A DNA stretch of 64,000 bases from Candidatus Eiseniibacteriota bacterium. Lineage in GTDB: Bacteria; Eisenbacteria; RBG-16-71-46; CAZAMP01. How positions within the stretch are numbered: the first letter of the stretch is position 1; each line of letters begins with the position of its first letter. Positions 39,319-48,493 of the stretch are shown here, piece after piece. The translations under genes and the position numbers were made by a program. Below the pieces are notes generated by a model that worked only from the letters and a program-made list of their open reading frames with translations, had not been told where the DNA came from and did no database searches. Location: NCBI GenBank assembly GCA_965224245.1, contig OZ245046.1, forward strand, positions 2,976,001-3,040,000, in the 5' to 3' direction.

Positions 39319-40536
39319 TCAGGCCCCGAACTTCGCCAGGCGCCCCGCCGAGGCGAGCAGCACCGGCATCAGGTACCGGCTCGGCATCGTGCCGAGAAGA
39401 CCGGAGACCGCGTTCCGCTCGGTGAACCGCGCCAGACCGTCGCCGCCGGCACGCTCGGCGTGGACGAGCACCGGCACCGGCTGCCACCCGTGCGCCGCGT
39501 ACGCGACGGGGGTCGAGTGGTCGCCCGTGATCGCCAGCACCCCCGGCGCGGTGTCGAGGAGAGCCGGCAGGGCCGCATCGACCTCCTCGATCGCGGCCGT
39601 CTTGGCGTCGAAGTTGCCGTCCTCGCCGTACATGTCCGTGGCCTTGATGTGGATGAACGCGAAGTCGTAGCGCGTTCGCACCGACGCGTAGGTCGCGAAC
39701 TCGGCCTCGGGTCCGTTCTCGGTCCGGAGCGTGGTCATGCCGACCAGCTGCGCGAGACCCCGGTACATCGGATACGCGGCGATCGCGACCGGCGTCAGAC
39801 CGAATCGCGCCGGGAACGAGTCGAGCTCCGGCAGTCCGCCGATGCCCCGCATCAGCATCCCGTTCGCGGGCTCGTGACCGGCGAGGCGGGCACCCGCCTC
39901 GGCGAGGAAGCGCGTGACGATCGACGCGGTGTGGCGCGTCGCGGGCGAGTCGGACACGGGCTGCACCGGCCTGGGCTCGACCCCCTCGCGCCCGGGATCG
40001 GAGTCGCAGAGCGGTCCCTCGAGCCCCGGACCCCGGAAACGCACCACGAACCGGTGCCCCTTGCCCGGACGAACCGTCACCCCCACCCCCTCGATCTCCC
40101 GGATGTCGGCCAGCAGCTCGCACCGCGCCACGTTCTCGGCGTCCGAGATCCGGCCCGCCCGTCGATCCACCACGCGCCCGTCGGCGTCGAGGGTGGCGAA
40201 GTTGGCCCGCGCGGCGACGTCCCCCGGTGCCACGTCGAGGTCCACGCCCAGCGCCTCGATGACACCGCGCCCGACCTCGACCTCGAGCGGATCGTAGCCG
40301 AACAGCCCGAGGTGCCCGGGGCCGCTCCCCGGCGTGATCGCGGGCGCCACCGGGATGAGCCGCCCCAGGGAAGATTCGGGTGCGAGCCGGTCCAGGTTCG
40401 GTGTTCGCGCCGCCTCCAGCGGTGTGCGATACGATGTGCTCGCCGCCGGGACGTCCGCCAGACCGTCCAGGACGAGGAGCACGATCGACGGGCCGTCCGG
40501 GTCGCGAAGCGATCGGATCACGTCGACGTAGGACAT
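39319..40536 (-). CDS. apgM: 2,3-bisphosphoglycerate-independent phosphoglycerate mutase (ApgM type)
   Basis: LVLDGLAD, TPLEAARTPNLD, PGSGPGHLGLFGYDP, HIKATDMYGEDG, TGDHSTP. Confidence 0.9.
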   Translation of the reverse strand: MSYVDVIRSLRDPDGPSIVLLVLDGLADVPAASTSYRTPLEAARTPNLDRLAPESSLGRLIPVAPAITPGSGPGHLGLFGYDPLEVEVGRGVIEALGVDLDVAPGDVAARANFATLDADGRVVDRRAGRISDAENVARCELLADIREIEGVGVTVRPGKGHRFVVRFRGPGLEGPLCDSDPGREGVEPRPVQPVSDSPATRHTASIVTRFLAEAGARLAGHEPANGMLMRGIGGLPELDSFPARFGLTPVAIAAYPMYRGLAQLVGMTTLRTENGPEAEFATYASVRTRYDFAFIHIKATDMYGEDGNFDAKTAAIEEVDAALPALLDTAPGVLAITGDHSTPVAYAAHGWQPVPVLVHAERAGGDGLARFTERNAVSGLLGTMPSRYLMPVLLASAGRLAKFGA

Positions 40537-40620
40537 CGTGAGCTTCTCCTCGATGGGGTTCGCGCCCGGTGACAGTATCAAATCGCCGGGGCCCGGTGCG
40601 CGGGACGGTGGGGACATCGC

Positions 40621-40649
40621 TTGACGCCGATCGGTCCCGCTGCTAGCCT
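40621..40649 (+). promoter_or_regulatory. sigma70-type promoter of the acyl-CoA dehydrogenase gene
   Basis: TTGACG-N17-TAGCCT with TG extension. Confidence 0.55.
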
Positions 40650-40744
40650 CAACGGGTTATCTCTTTCTGTAACAATGATTTCCACGCTCGCGGATCCGTA
40701 ACGACGGAGCCCGAGCCGGCGTTCCGAACCGAGAGGAGTGCGTC

Positions 40745-41959
40745 GTGGGGCTTCTCACCGAGCAGAACCGGATGTGGCGCGACAAAGCCCGCTCGATCGC
40801 CGAGGAGGTCGTGCGTCCGCTCGCACGCAAGTACGACGAGGCCCAGGAGTATCCGTGGGAGATCAAAGATGCGCTCCAGGGGGCGGGGCTCCTGGGTGTG
40901 TGGATTCCCGAGGAGTACGGCGGTGCCGGTGGCACGGTGCTCGACCTCTGCCTGTGCGTCGAGGAGCTCTCGCGCGCCTGCGGCGGCGTCGGGGTCATGT
41001 ACTGCGTGAACGCGCTCGGCTCGTTCCCGATTCTCGTCGCCGGCACCGAGGAACAGAAGAAGGCGTACCTGCCCCGCATCGCATCGGGCGAGAAGCTGAT
41101 CGCGTTCTGCCTGTCCGAGAAGTTCGCGGGCTCCGACGCGGCGAGCCTCCGCACGCCGGCGGTTCGTGACGGCGACCACTACGTCATCACCGGCGAGAAG
41201 AAATGGACCACGAACGGCGGCGCGGCCGACCTCTACACGGTCTTCGCGGTGACCGATCCCTCGTCGCGGAGCCGGCGCATCTCGGCGTTCATCGTCGAGA
41301 AGGGGGCACCGGGGTTCTCGATCGGCAAGGTCGAGGACAAGATGGGCATTCGCTGCGTCCCGGTCGTCGAGACCTGCTTCGAGGGCGTGCGGGTCGGGGC
41401 CGACGCGCTCCTCGGTGGACAGCCCGGATACGGCTTCAAGCACGCGATGGCCACCCTCGACAAGGCGCGTCCCGGCGTCGCGGCGCAGGCCCTGGGCCTC
41501 GCGCAGGGTGCGCTCGACTACGCACTGGTGTACACGAACCGTCGCCGGCAGTTCGGACAGTCCATCTCCAGCTTTCAGATGATCCAGGGCATGCTGGCGG
41601 AGATGGCGTGCAAGGTGGAGGCCGCGCGCGCTCTCGTCTACACGGCCGCGACCGCGATCGACGAGGGCGACCCGGCGTCGAACCGCCTGGCCGCGCAGTG
41701 CAAGTACGTGGCCACCGAGGTGGCGATGGAGGTCACCACGAAGGCCGTGCAGCTGTTCGGCGGCTACGGCTACATGCGCGACTACCCGATCGAGAAGTAC
41801 ATGCGCGACGCCAAGATCACGCAGATCTACGAGGGAACCAACCAAGTGCAACTGATGGTGGTGGCGCGAAACCTGATCAAGTCGGTCGGCGAGCTGAAGC
41901 ACCTGGCCGCCTACCTCCCGACCGAGGTGCAACGCGGCGTGAGCGAGGACGACGTCTGA
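40745..41959 (+). CDS. Acyl-CoA dehydrogenase
   Basis: IPEEYGG, FCLSEKFAGSD, KMGIR, QLFGGYGY, RDAKITQIYEGTNQ. Confidence 0.95.
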   Translation: MGLLTEQNRMWRDKARSIAEEVVRPLARKYDEAQEYPWEIKDALQGAGLLGVWIPEEYGGAGGTVLDLCLCVEELSRACGGVGVMYCVNALGSFPILVAGTEEQKKAYLPRIASGEKLIAFCLSEKFAGSDAASLRTPAVRDGDHYVITGEKKWTTNGGAADLYTVFAVTDPSSRSRRISAFIVEKGAPGFSIGKVEDKMGIRCVPVVETCFEGVRVGADALLGGQPGYGFKHAMATLDKARPGVAAQALGLAQGALDYALVYTNRRRQFGQSISSFQMIQGMLAEMACKVEAARALVYTAATAIDEGDPASNRLAAQCKYVATEVAMEVTTKAVQLFGGYGYMRDYPIEKYMRDAKITQIYEGTNQVQLMVVARNLIKSVGELKHLAAYLPTEVQRGVSEDDV

Positions 41960-41986
41960 GGCCGGGCGTCGGAGGCGTCGGCCCGG

Positions 41987-42637
41987 TCAGCCGGGGCGAC
42001 GCTCCGAGGCCGGCTCTTCGCCCGGCGGTGCCATCCGTACCGGTCGGGCCGGCCCCTCCGGCACCACCGACCCGGCCGAGATCACCATCTTCAGGCCGTC
42101 CTCGACCGAGATGCTCAGCTCGATGATGTCCGACTCGGGCACGAGGAGCAGGTATCCGGACGTGGGATTGGGCGTCGTGGGCAGGAAGACCGAGACGAGA
42201 TCCTCGCCGACCCGCTGGCACATCTCCTCCGCCGCGCGCTCGGTGCGAAACGCGAGCACATGGCATCCCCGCCTCGGAAACTCGATCAGGACCACCTTGC
42301 GGAACTTGTGTGTGTCGCTGGCGAAGACCGCCTCGGCGATCTGCTTGGTGCCGATGAACACCCGGTTCAGGATGGGGATCCGGGCCAGCACGCGCTCGTA
42401 GAGCTCGACCGCCTTGCGACCCAGCGTCTTCGACGCCAGCATCCCCACGAGGAGGATGATCAGGAGCAGGCTCACGAGCCCCAGACCGGGCACGCCGCCG
42501 GGGCGAATCCACTCGCCGCGGAACACGCCGCCCAGGATGCCGTCGAGCTGGTCGCCGATCACGTACAGCACGTAGAACGTGACCACCGGCGGCACCACGA
42601 CCACGAGCCCCGCCAGGAAGTAACGTCTGAAGTTCAT
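41987..42637 (-). CDS. DUF502 family membrane protein
   Basis: FLAGLVVVVP, VVLIEFPR, VFLPTTPNPTSG. Confidence 0.88.
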   Translation of the reverse strand: MNFRRYFLAGLVVVVPPVVTFYVLYVIGDQLDGILGGVFRGEWIRPGGVPGLGLVSLLLIILLVGMLASKTLGRKAVELYERVLARIPILNRVFIGTKQIAEAVFASDTHKFRKVVLIEFPRRGCHVLAFRTERAAEEMCQRVGEDLVSVFLPTTPNPTSGYLLLVPESDIIELSISVEDGLKMVISAGSVVPEGPARPVRMAPPGEEPASERRPG

Positions 42638-43728
42638 CGCACGACCTTTCGGTTCACGACGATCTGCACCGATTCGATCCGCCGTCGAGAGGCGGTCAAC
42701 ACCTCGAACTCGGCACCGTCCCAGGCCACCCGATCTCCCCGCGTGGGAATGCGCCCGAACTCCTCCAGGAGGAACCCGGCCAGCGTCTCGTAGTCTCCCT
42801 CGGGGAGCGTGAGCCCGATCCGCTCCGAGAGCTCGTCCAGCGGGATCGTCGCGTCGGACACGTACACGTCTCGCCCGATGCGGCGCACACGTACCGCCTC
42901 GCGCTCGTGCTCGTCCCAGATCTCGCCGATCATCTCCTCGACCAGGTCCTCGGTGGTGACCACCCCCGACGTACCGCCGTACTCGTCCACGACGACGGCG
43001 AACTCGTGTCCCCCCTCGACCATCTCGGTCAGGAGCTCCGGACCCTGCTTGCCTTCCGGCACCATCAGGACCGGACGGACGTGGGCGGCGAAGCTCCGCT
43101 CGTCGTCGTCGAGGGCCAGGAGATCGAACACGCTCACGTATCCCGTGATCCGATCCTCGTCCCCCACGTAGACCGGATAGCGCGAGTGACGATGCTCCTC
43201 GACGATCGCGAGAAGCTCGTCGAGATCCGCGTCGCGACTGATGGCGACCATGTCCGAGCGTGGCACCATGATCTCGGTGATCTCGGTCTCACCGAAGCGC
43301 AGCATCCGGTCGGCCAGGACCCGCTCGTCCAGGGGGTCCACCGTCTCCCGGCGCGGCGTGGCGGCGGCGGTCCCGACCGGCGTGTGTGCGCGTCGTCCCA
43401 GCAGGCGCCCGAGCATGCGGACGCCGACCGGGGCGCGCCCGGGGGTGTCCCGGGGCAACGGCACCGGCAGCACCAGCGTCAACGTCAGGACCAGCGCTCC
43501 CAGCGTGATCCACAGCACGACGCCCCCCGTTCCCATGGCCAGCGCGAGCGTCGCGAACGCCGACAACAACAGCAGCTCGGACACCACGAACGCGGGGCGG
43601 GCATGCTCGGCCTCGATCAGGAGCCCGCCCTCGGCATCGGGGTCCACGACCAGCATGCGCGCGGCCGCCTGTCGTCGCACGATCGTCAGGACCACGATCC
43701 CGAGCGTGGTGAGCACCCAGAGCGTCAT
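42634..43728 (-). CDS. CBS/CorC-HlyC domain protein (hemolysin family transporter-associated)
   Basis: EIMVPR, HSRYPVY, VVDEYGGTSGVVTTEDLVEEMIGEI, YETLAGF. Confidence 0.85.
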   Translation of the reverse strand: MTLWVLTTLGIVVLTIVRRQAAARMLVVDPDAEGGLLIEAEHARPAFVVSELLLLSAFATLALAMGTGGVVLWITLGALVLTLTLVLPVPLPRDTPGRAPVGVRMLGRLLGRRAHTPVGTAAATPRRETVDPLDERVLADRMLRFGETEITEIMVPRSDMVAISRDADLDELLAIVEEHRHSRYPVYVGDEDRITGYVSVFDLLALDDDERSFAAHVRPVLMVPEGKQGPELLTEMVEGGHEFAVVVDEYGGTSGVVTTEDLVEEMIGEIWDEHEREAVRVRRIGRDVYVSDATIPLDELSERIGLTLPEGDYETLAGFLLEEFGRIPTRGDRVAWDGAEFEVLTASRRRIESVQIVVNRKVVR

Positions 43729-44660
43729 GAGTCGGTCTCCGAGAGCGCGCGACGCAGGAGATCGTCCATCGTGATCAGCCCGGCGCTCCGGCCGTACTCG
43801 TCGAGTACCACCGCGACGTGCAGCCGCTGGCTCTGGAACTGATGAAGCAGCCTGTCGAGCCGCTGGTTGGCCGGTATGTACAGGACGTCCCGCATCACGC
43901 TCTTCACGAACACACCGCTCTGGCGGGACCGCATCAAGAGCAGCAGGTCCTTCGTGTGCACGAGCCCCACGACGTCGCCGGTGCGTCCCACGACCGGGAT
44001 TCGCGCATATGCCTGCCGCGCGATCGCCGAGACTGCCCGGCTGACCGACCAGTCCTCGCGCACGGCGCAGAGCTCCTTGCGGGGCACCATTGCCCGGCCC
44101 GCCGTCAATCGCTTCAGGGCCAAGAGCCCGCGCATGTAGCGCTTCAGCTCGGGATCGAACAGCTCGTGTCCATCCACGCTGGTGACGATGGTCTCCTCGA
44201 ACCCGTCGGCGTCCTCGTCGGGCACGTCGCCGGACGCACCGCCGATGCGGGCGGCGCCCCGGGCCACGGCCCGGAGCACCTCGGCGTCGACGCGCGACAT
44301 GCGCGGAGACTGCCGCGAGGTCAGTCGCGTGAAGATCTCGGGCAGCGCCAGCACGGCGAGCGTGCCGACTCCCACGATCGGCCAGGCGAGGTGGGCCGAC
44401 GTCGCGTCGGCGGCCAGGACCAGCACCATCGTCAGCACGATCCGGATCACCGTGCCCAGCAGCGCGAGCGCGAAGTAGGACAGCCTCGGCGTGGTCAAGA
44501 CGGGCCTCAGGTCGACACCCGACGGCAGGTCCAGCTGCGAAGGCACCAGAGGCGCCTCGTTCAGGAGGAGGCGGACGTTGGCGGTGAGCCGGGCATGAAG
44601 GACCAGCGAGATCACCAGCGCGACCGCGAGCATGGCGTACACGGCGATCAGGACGTTCAT
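43725..44660 (-). CDS. Membrane CBS-domain protein (CNNM/HlyC-like, lacking a CorC C-terminal domain)
   Basis: N-terminal TM helices; MVPR, YARIPV, VLDEYGRSAGLITMDDLL. Confidence 0.8.
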   Translation of the reverse strand: MNVLIAVYAMLAVALVISLVLHARLTANVRLLLNEAPLVPSQLDLPSGVDLRPVLTTPRLSYFALALLGTVIRIVLTMVLVLAADATSAHLAWPIVGVGTLAVLALPEIFTRLTSRQSPRMSRVDAEVLRAVARGAARIGGASGDVPDEDADGFEETIVTSVDGHELFDPELKRYMRGLLALKRLTAGRAMVPRKELCAVREDWSVSRAVSAIARQAYARIPVVGRTGDVVGLVHTKDLLLLMRSRQSGVFVKSVMRDVLYIPANQRLDRLLHQFQSQRLHVAVVLDEYGRSAGLITMDDLLRRALSETDS

Positions 44661-45157
44661 GTGATCTCCGTCAGGCGCCCGCGCAGACGCTCGATCCAGG
44701 CCCGAAGGCGCTCGACGTGCGCACGCTCGGCCAGTCGCATCCTCCGGCGTCCCGCCGACGTGTCGTGCTCGTAGCCGAGAAGGTGCAGGAGGCCGTGCAC
44801 GAGAAGCCGCGTCAGCTCGTCGGCCACGTCGTGGCGATAGCGCGGCGCCTGGGCGATGGCGCGGTCGGTGCTGATGATCACCTCACCGATGTGGCGATGC
44901 GGGCCGAGCGAGTCGCTCGGGAACGCCAGCACGTCCGTGGGGCGCGGCTTTCCGCGATACATCTCGTTCAAGGATGCGAGCAGCGCATCGTCTCCGAGCA
45001 CGACACTCACCTCGTCGACGTCGGGCGCCTCGGCAACCACGATGCGCCGCGTCATCGCACCGACGATGCGGCCCGATCGGGGCAGGCGTTTCTGGCGATC
45101 AGCGACCGAGACGTCCACGGGCGGCTCCCCGAGTCCTGGTCGCCGAGCGCCGGGCAT
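44657..45157 (-). CDS. ybeY: rRNA maturation endoribonuclease YbeY (start may be 45118)
   Basis: PTDVLAFP, IGEVIIS, HGLLHLLGYEH. Confidence 0.92.
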   Translation of the reverse strand: MPGARRPGLGEPPVDVSVADRQKRLPRSGRIVGAMTRRIVVAEAPDVDEVSVVLGDDALLASLNEMYRGKPRPTDVLAFPSDSLGPHRHIGEVIISTDRAIAQAPRYRHDVADELTRLLVHGLLHLLGYEHDTSAGRRRMRLAERAHVERLRAWIERLRGRLTEIT

Positions 45158-47513
45158 CGGCCCCGTCGCCGTCGCCGCCGACCACCTCGAGATCCGACGT
45201 CCGCGGGGGCCGGGCCGCCAGCGTGTCCACGTCCGATCCGCTGCGCACGTCCACCGGCTCGGCGTTGGCCAGCGCCGCGTCGGGCGAGATCGCGTCACGA
45301 TCCAGCGTCTCGACCTCCGGCGGCGAGGTCCCGCCGTCGGAATCGGTCGGGTAGCGGACGCGACCGTGGAACATCCCCGTCAGGACCAGTACGAACGCCT
45401 CCCGGATCCGGGCGAGGTCGGCCAGCGTGAGACCGCACTCCTCGAGCTCGCCGGCCTCGACACGCGACTCGATGATCCGCGTCACGAGCCCGCGAATGCG
45501 CGACGGCTTGGGATCGGTCAGCACGCGGCTGGCCGCCTCCACGCCGTCGGCCAGCATCACGGTCGCGGTCTCCTTGCTTCGGGGACGTGGCCCGGGGTAA
45601 CGGAAGTCGTCGCGATCCACGTTCGGATCGGCGGCCTTGGCCTTCTGGTAGAAGAACGCCATCTCCGAGGTGCCGTGATGCTCGCGAATCGCGTCGATCA
45701 GAACCTCGGGGAGCTTGTGCTCCTTGGCGAGCTGTACGCCCTCGCGCACGTGGCTCTCGAGAATGAGACAGCTCATCGACGGCGTGAGCCGATCGTGCGG
45801 GTTTCTGGCCCTCGGGTTCATCGCGATGTTCTCGATGAAGTACTCCGGCTTCTGCACCTTGCCGATGTCGTGGTAGTAGCACATGACCCGTCCGAGCAAC
45901 GAGTTCGCGCCCACCTGCTCGCATCCGGCCTCGACGAGCGTCCCCATGACCATGCTGTGGTGGTACGTCCCCGGCGCCTCCAGCATCAGTCGCTTCAAGA
46001 GGGGTCGATTGAGATCGGAGAGCTCCAGCAGCCGGAGATCGGTGGTGACGCCGCACACGACCTCCAGGATCGGCATCAGCGTGATGGCGATCACGGTCGA
46101 GAGCGCGGCGTTCACGAGCGCCCAGCCGCTGTCGGTGACCATGTCGAGACCCAGATCCCCGCGCATCATGGCCAGGGCGGACACCGTGAACACGTACGCC
46201 ATCGACACCAGGAGGAGCGCCCGGAACACCTCGGAGCGATGACGGACCCGCTGAACCGCGTACACGCCGGTGAACCCGCCGACCAGGGAGCCGGCCACGA
46301 AGTCGAGCCCGAGCCCCGCGTTGAGCGCGAGCATCACGACCGACACGAGGGTGAAGAACACTCCCAGCTGAGCGTCGATCAGAAGGCTCACCACCATCGA
46401 CCCCGCGGCAACCGGGATCAGGAGCCACGGTAGCTGGATCGCGTTCAGCACCACCGCCGCGCTGCCGAACACCACCAGCGCCGTGATCGCCAGGAGCATC
46501 AGCTTGCCGGTGTCGGCGTACACGCGCGGGCGGTGCAGTCGGATGTAGACGATGCAGAACACCAGAATGGCGGCACTCAGGAGCACCCGGCCGGCGACGG
46601 CGATCCCGGACTTCCAGCGCGCGTCCATCCCACGCCGGGACTCGAGCTCGGCCTGGAGCGCTCCGAGCATCTGTACGACGTCGGGCGTGATGCGATGTCC
46701 ACCCTCGACGATGTTCTCGTTGGGCAGCACGCGGCGCGCGACCGGAGACACCGACGCGATCTCGGTGGCCTCGGCCCGCTCGGTCGTGACCCGGTCGTAG
46801 ACCAGATTGGGCTCCAGGAACGCGGTCACCAGCGCGCGGAAGGCGGCGCCGGCGAGATCGTCGTCCCGGAACTCCAGGCGCGCGAGCGCCTGGGCATCGC
46901 GCGCGATGCGGCTGTCGTTGTAGATCTCGCCGCGCAGGTTCACCAGTGAGTAGCGTCCCTCGGACCACAGCATGTGACGCATCGAGGTGCGGACCTTCTG
47001 CGCGGCCACCTCGTCGGCGTAGCCGGCACGGAGCACGTCGTCGATGAAGCTCCGGGCCACGCGCATGACCTCGGCGCGGCGCTCGTCGTCGAGTAGCGCG
47101 CGGCGGGAGCGGTCCGGCAGATCCACGCCGGCCTCGCCCAGGTGGATCAGCGCGGTGAGCGTGTCCGACCTCGACTCGGTCGCGATCGCGTCCGCGCGCG
47201 CGCGATAGTCGTCGAACCTGGCCAGGACGCGCGCCTTCACCGGCTCCGAGCGCTGGAAGTAGGCGGGGACGTCTTCCAGGGCGCGCTTGCGTTCGGCGGC
47301 CAGCTGGGCGTCGCTCTTGGGGACGTCGAACTCGAAGGGCGCCACGATCGTCTCGGGCGCGATGCCACCCTCGTGAAACCCCTCGAAGTGAGAGACCTCG
47401 GTCTGATCGGGAAACAGGAAGATGGCCGCGGCCAGAACCACCACCGCCAGCGCGAACCGGCGCAGCTGGAGCCAGCGCGACCGGAGCCCCTTGCCGCCGG
47501 TGCCCGACCTCAT
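45099..47513 (-). CDS. 7TM-HD phosphohydrolase (PgpH-like cyclic-di-AMP phosphodiesterase)
   Basis: Extracytoplasmic domain, 7 TM segments, EAPGTYHHS, YYHDIGK, EHHGT, FRYPGPRP, LADGVEAA; ATGA overlap with phoH. Confidence 0.9.
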   Translation of the reverse strand: MRSGTGGKGLRSRWLQLRRFALAVVVLAAAIFLFPDQTEVSHFEGFHEGGIAPETIVAPFEFDVPKSDAQLAAERKRALEDVPAYFQRSEPVKARVLARFDDYRARADAIATESRSDTLTALIHLGEAGVDLPDRSRRALLDDERRAEVMRVARSFIDDVLRAGYADEVAAQKVRTSMRHMLWSEGRYSLVNLRGEIYNDSRIARDAQALARLEFRDDDLAGAAFRALVTAFLEPNLVYDRVTTERAEATEIASVSPVARRVLPNENIVEGGHRITPDVVQMLGALQAELESRRGMDARWKSGIAVAGRVLLSAAILVFCIVYIRLHRPRVYADTGKLMLLAITALVVFGSAAVVLNAIQLPWLLIPVAAGSMVVSLLIDAQLGVFFTLVSVVMLALNAGLGLDFVAGSLVGGFTGVYAVQRVRHRSEVFRALLLVSMAYVFTVSALAMMRGDLGLDMVTDSGWALVNAALSTVIAITLMPILEVVCGVTTDLRLLELSDLNRPLLKRLMLEAPGTYHHSMVMGTLVEAGCEQVGANSLLGRVMCYYHDIGKVQKPEYFIENIAMNPRARNPHDRLTPSMSCLILESHVREGVQLAKEHKLPEVLIDAIREHHGTSEMAFFYQKAKAADPNVDRDDFRYPGPRPRSKETATVMLADGVEAASRVLTDPKPSRIRGLVTRIIESRVEAGELEECGLTLADLARIREAFVLVLTGMFHGRVRYPTDSDGGTSPPEVETLDRDAISPDAALANAEPVDVRSGSDVDTLAARPPRTSDLEVVGGDGDGADARRSATRTRGAARGRLGR

Positions 47514-48493
47514 GGCTCGTCGCCCGCGACGCCGTCCGCCGCGGCCGTGTCGAACGCCCGGATGATGTCCTTGACCAGCTGGTGGCGCACCACGTCGACG
47601 TCGGTGAAGTGCACGAACGAGACACCGTCGACCTCGGACAGGATCGGCTCGATCTGGATCAGGCCCGAGTCCGACCGAACGGGGAGGTCCACCTGCGTCA
47701 CGTCGCCGGTGACGACCGCGCGCGATCCCAGCCCCAGCCGGGTCAGGAACATCTTCATCTGCCGGAGCGTGCTGTTCTGGGCCTCGTCGAGAATCACGAA
47801 CGAGCGCGCGAGCGTGCGGCCGCGCATGAAGGCCAGCGGCACGATCTCGATCACGTTCGTGGTCAGGAGCTTCTGCAGTCGTTCGTACGTGATCACGTCC
47901 TCGAGTGCGTCGTAGAGCGGACGCAGGTAAGGATCGATCTTCTCCTGGAGATCGCCCGGCAGGTACCCGAGCTTCTCTCCGGCCTCGACGGCGGGACGCG
48001 CCAGGACGAGGCGATCCACTTGACGAGCCTTGAGCGCCGAGACCGCCATCGCCACCGCGAGATAGGTCTTCCCGGTGCCGGCCGGCCCGATCCCGAACAC
48101 GATGTCGTTGGACGCGATCCGTCGCAGGTACTCCGCCTGCATCGAGGTGCGGGGCTTGACGACCTTGCGGTCGAAATGGAGGACGAGATCGTCGTCGGCG
48201 TCCGGCGCCCCACCGACGTCCCGGCGTCCGGTCAGGAAGTCCTGGAAGTCGGTCTCGGAGAGCGGGCGTCCGGATCGGACGCGCTCGAGCAGCCCGACGA
48301 TGAAGCGCTCGGCACGATCGAGCGAATCTCCGTGCCCGAACACCCGGAGCGTCCCGTTCCGGACGACGACGGAGACGTCGAAGGTCTTCTCGATGGCACG
48401 GAGATTCTGGTCGCGCTGGCCGAGCAGCGTCAGCGAGTCGGCGCCGTCCAGCGCGATCGTGCGCGAGGCGGGTTCCGATCGATCTTCGTGCAT
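47510..48493 (-). CDS. phoH: PhoH-like ATPase (YbeZ)
   Basis: GPAGTGKTYLA, RPAVEAGEKLGYLPGD, FMRGRTL, DEAQN, GDVTQVDL. Confidence 0.95.
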   Translation of the reverse strand: MHEDRSEPASRTIALDGADSLTLLGQRDQNLRAIEKTFDVSVVVRNGTLRVFGHGDSLDRAERFIVGLLERVRSGRPLSETDFQDFLTGRRDVGGAPDADDDLVLHFDRKVVKPRTSMQAEYLRRIASNDIVFGIGPAGTGKTYLAVAMAVSALKARQVDRLVLARPAVEAGEKLGYLPGDLQEKIDPYLRPLYDALEDVITYERLQKLLTTNVIEIVPLAFMRGRTLARSFVILDEAQNSTLRQMKMFLTRLGLGSRAVVTGDVTQVDLPVRSDSGLIQIEPILSEVDGVSFVHFTDVDVVRHQLVKDIIRAFDTAAADGVAGDEP

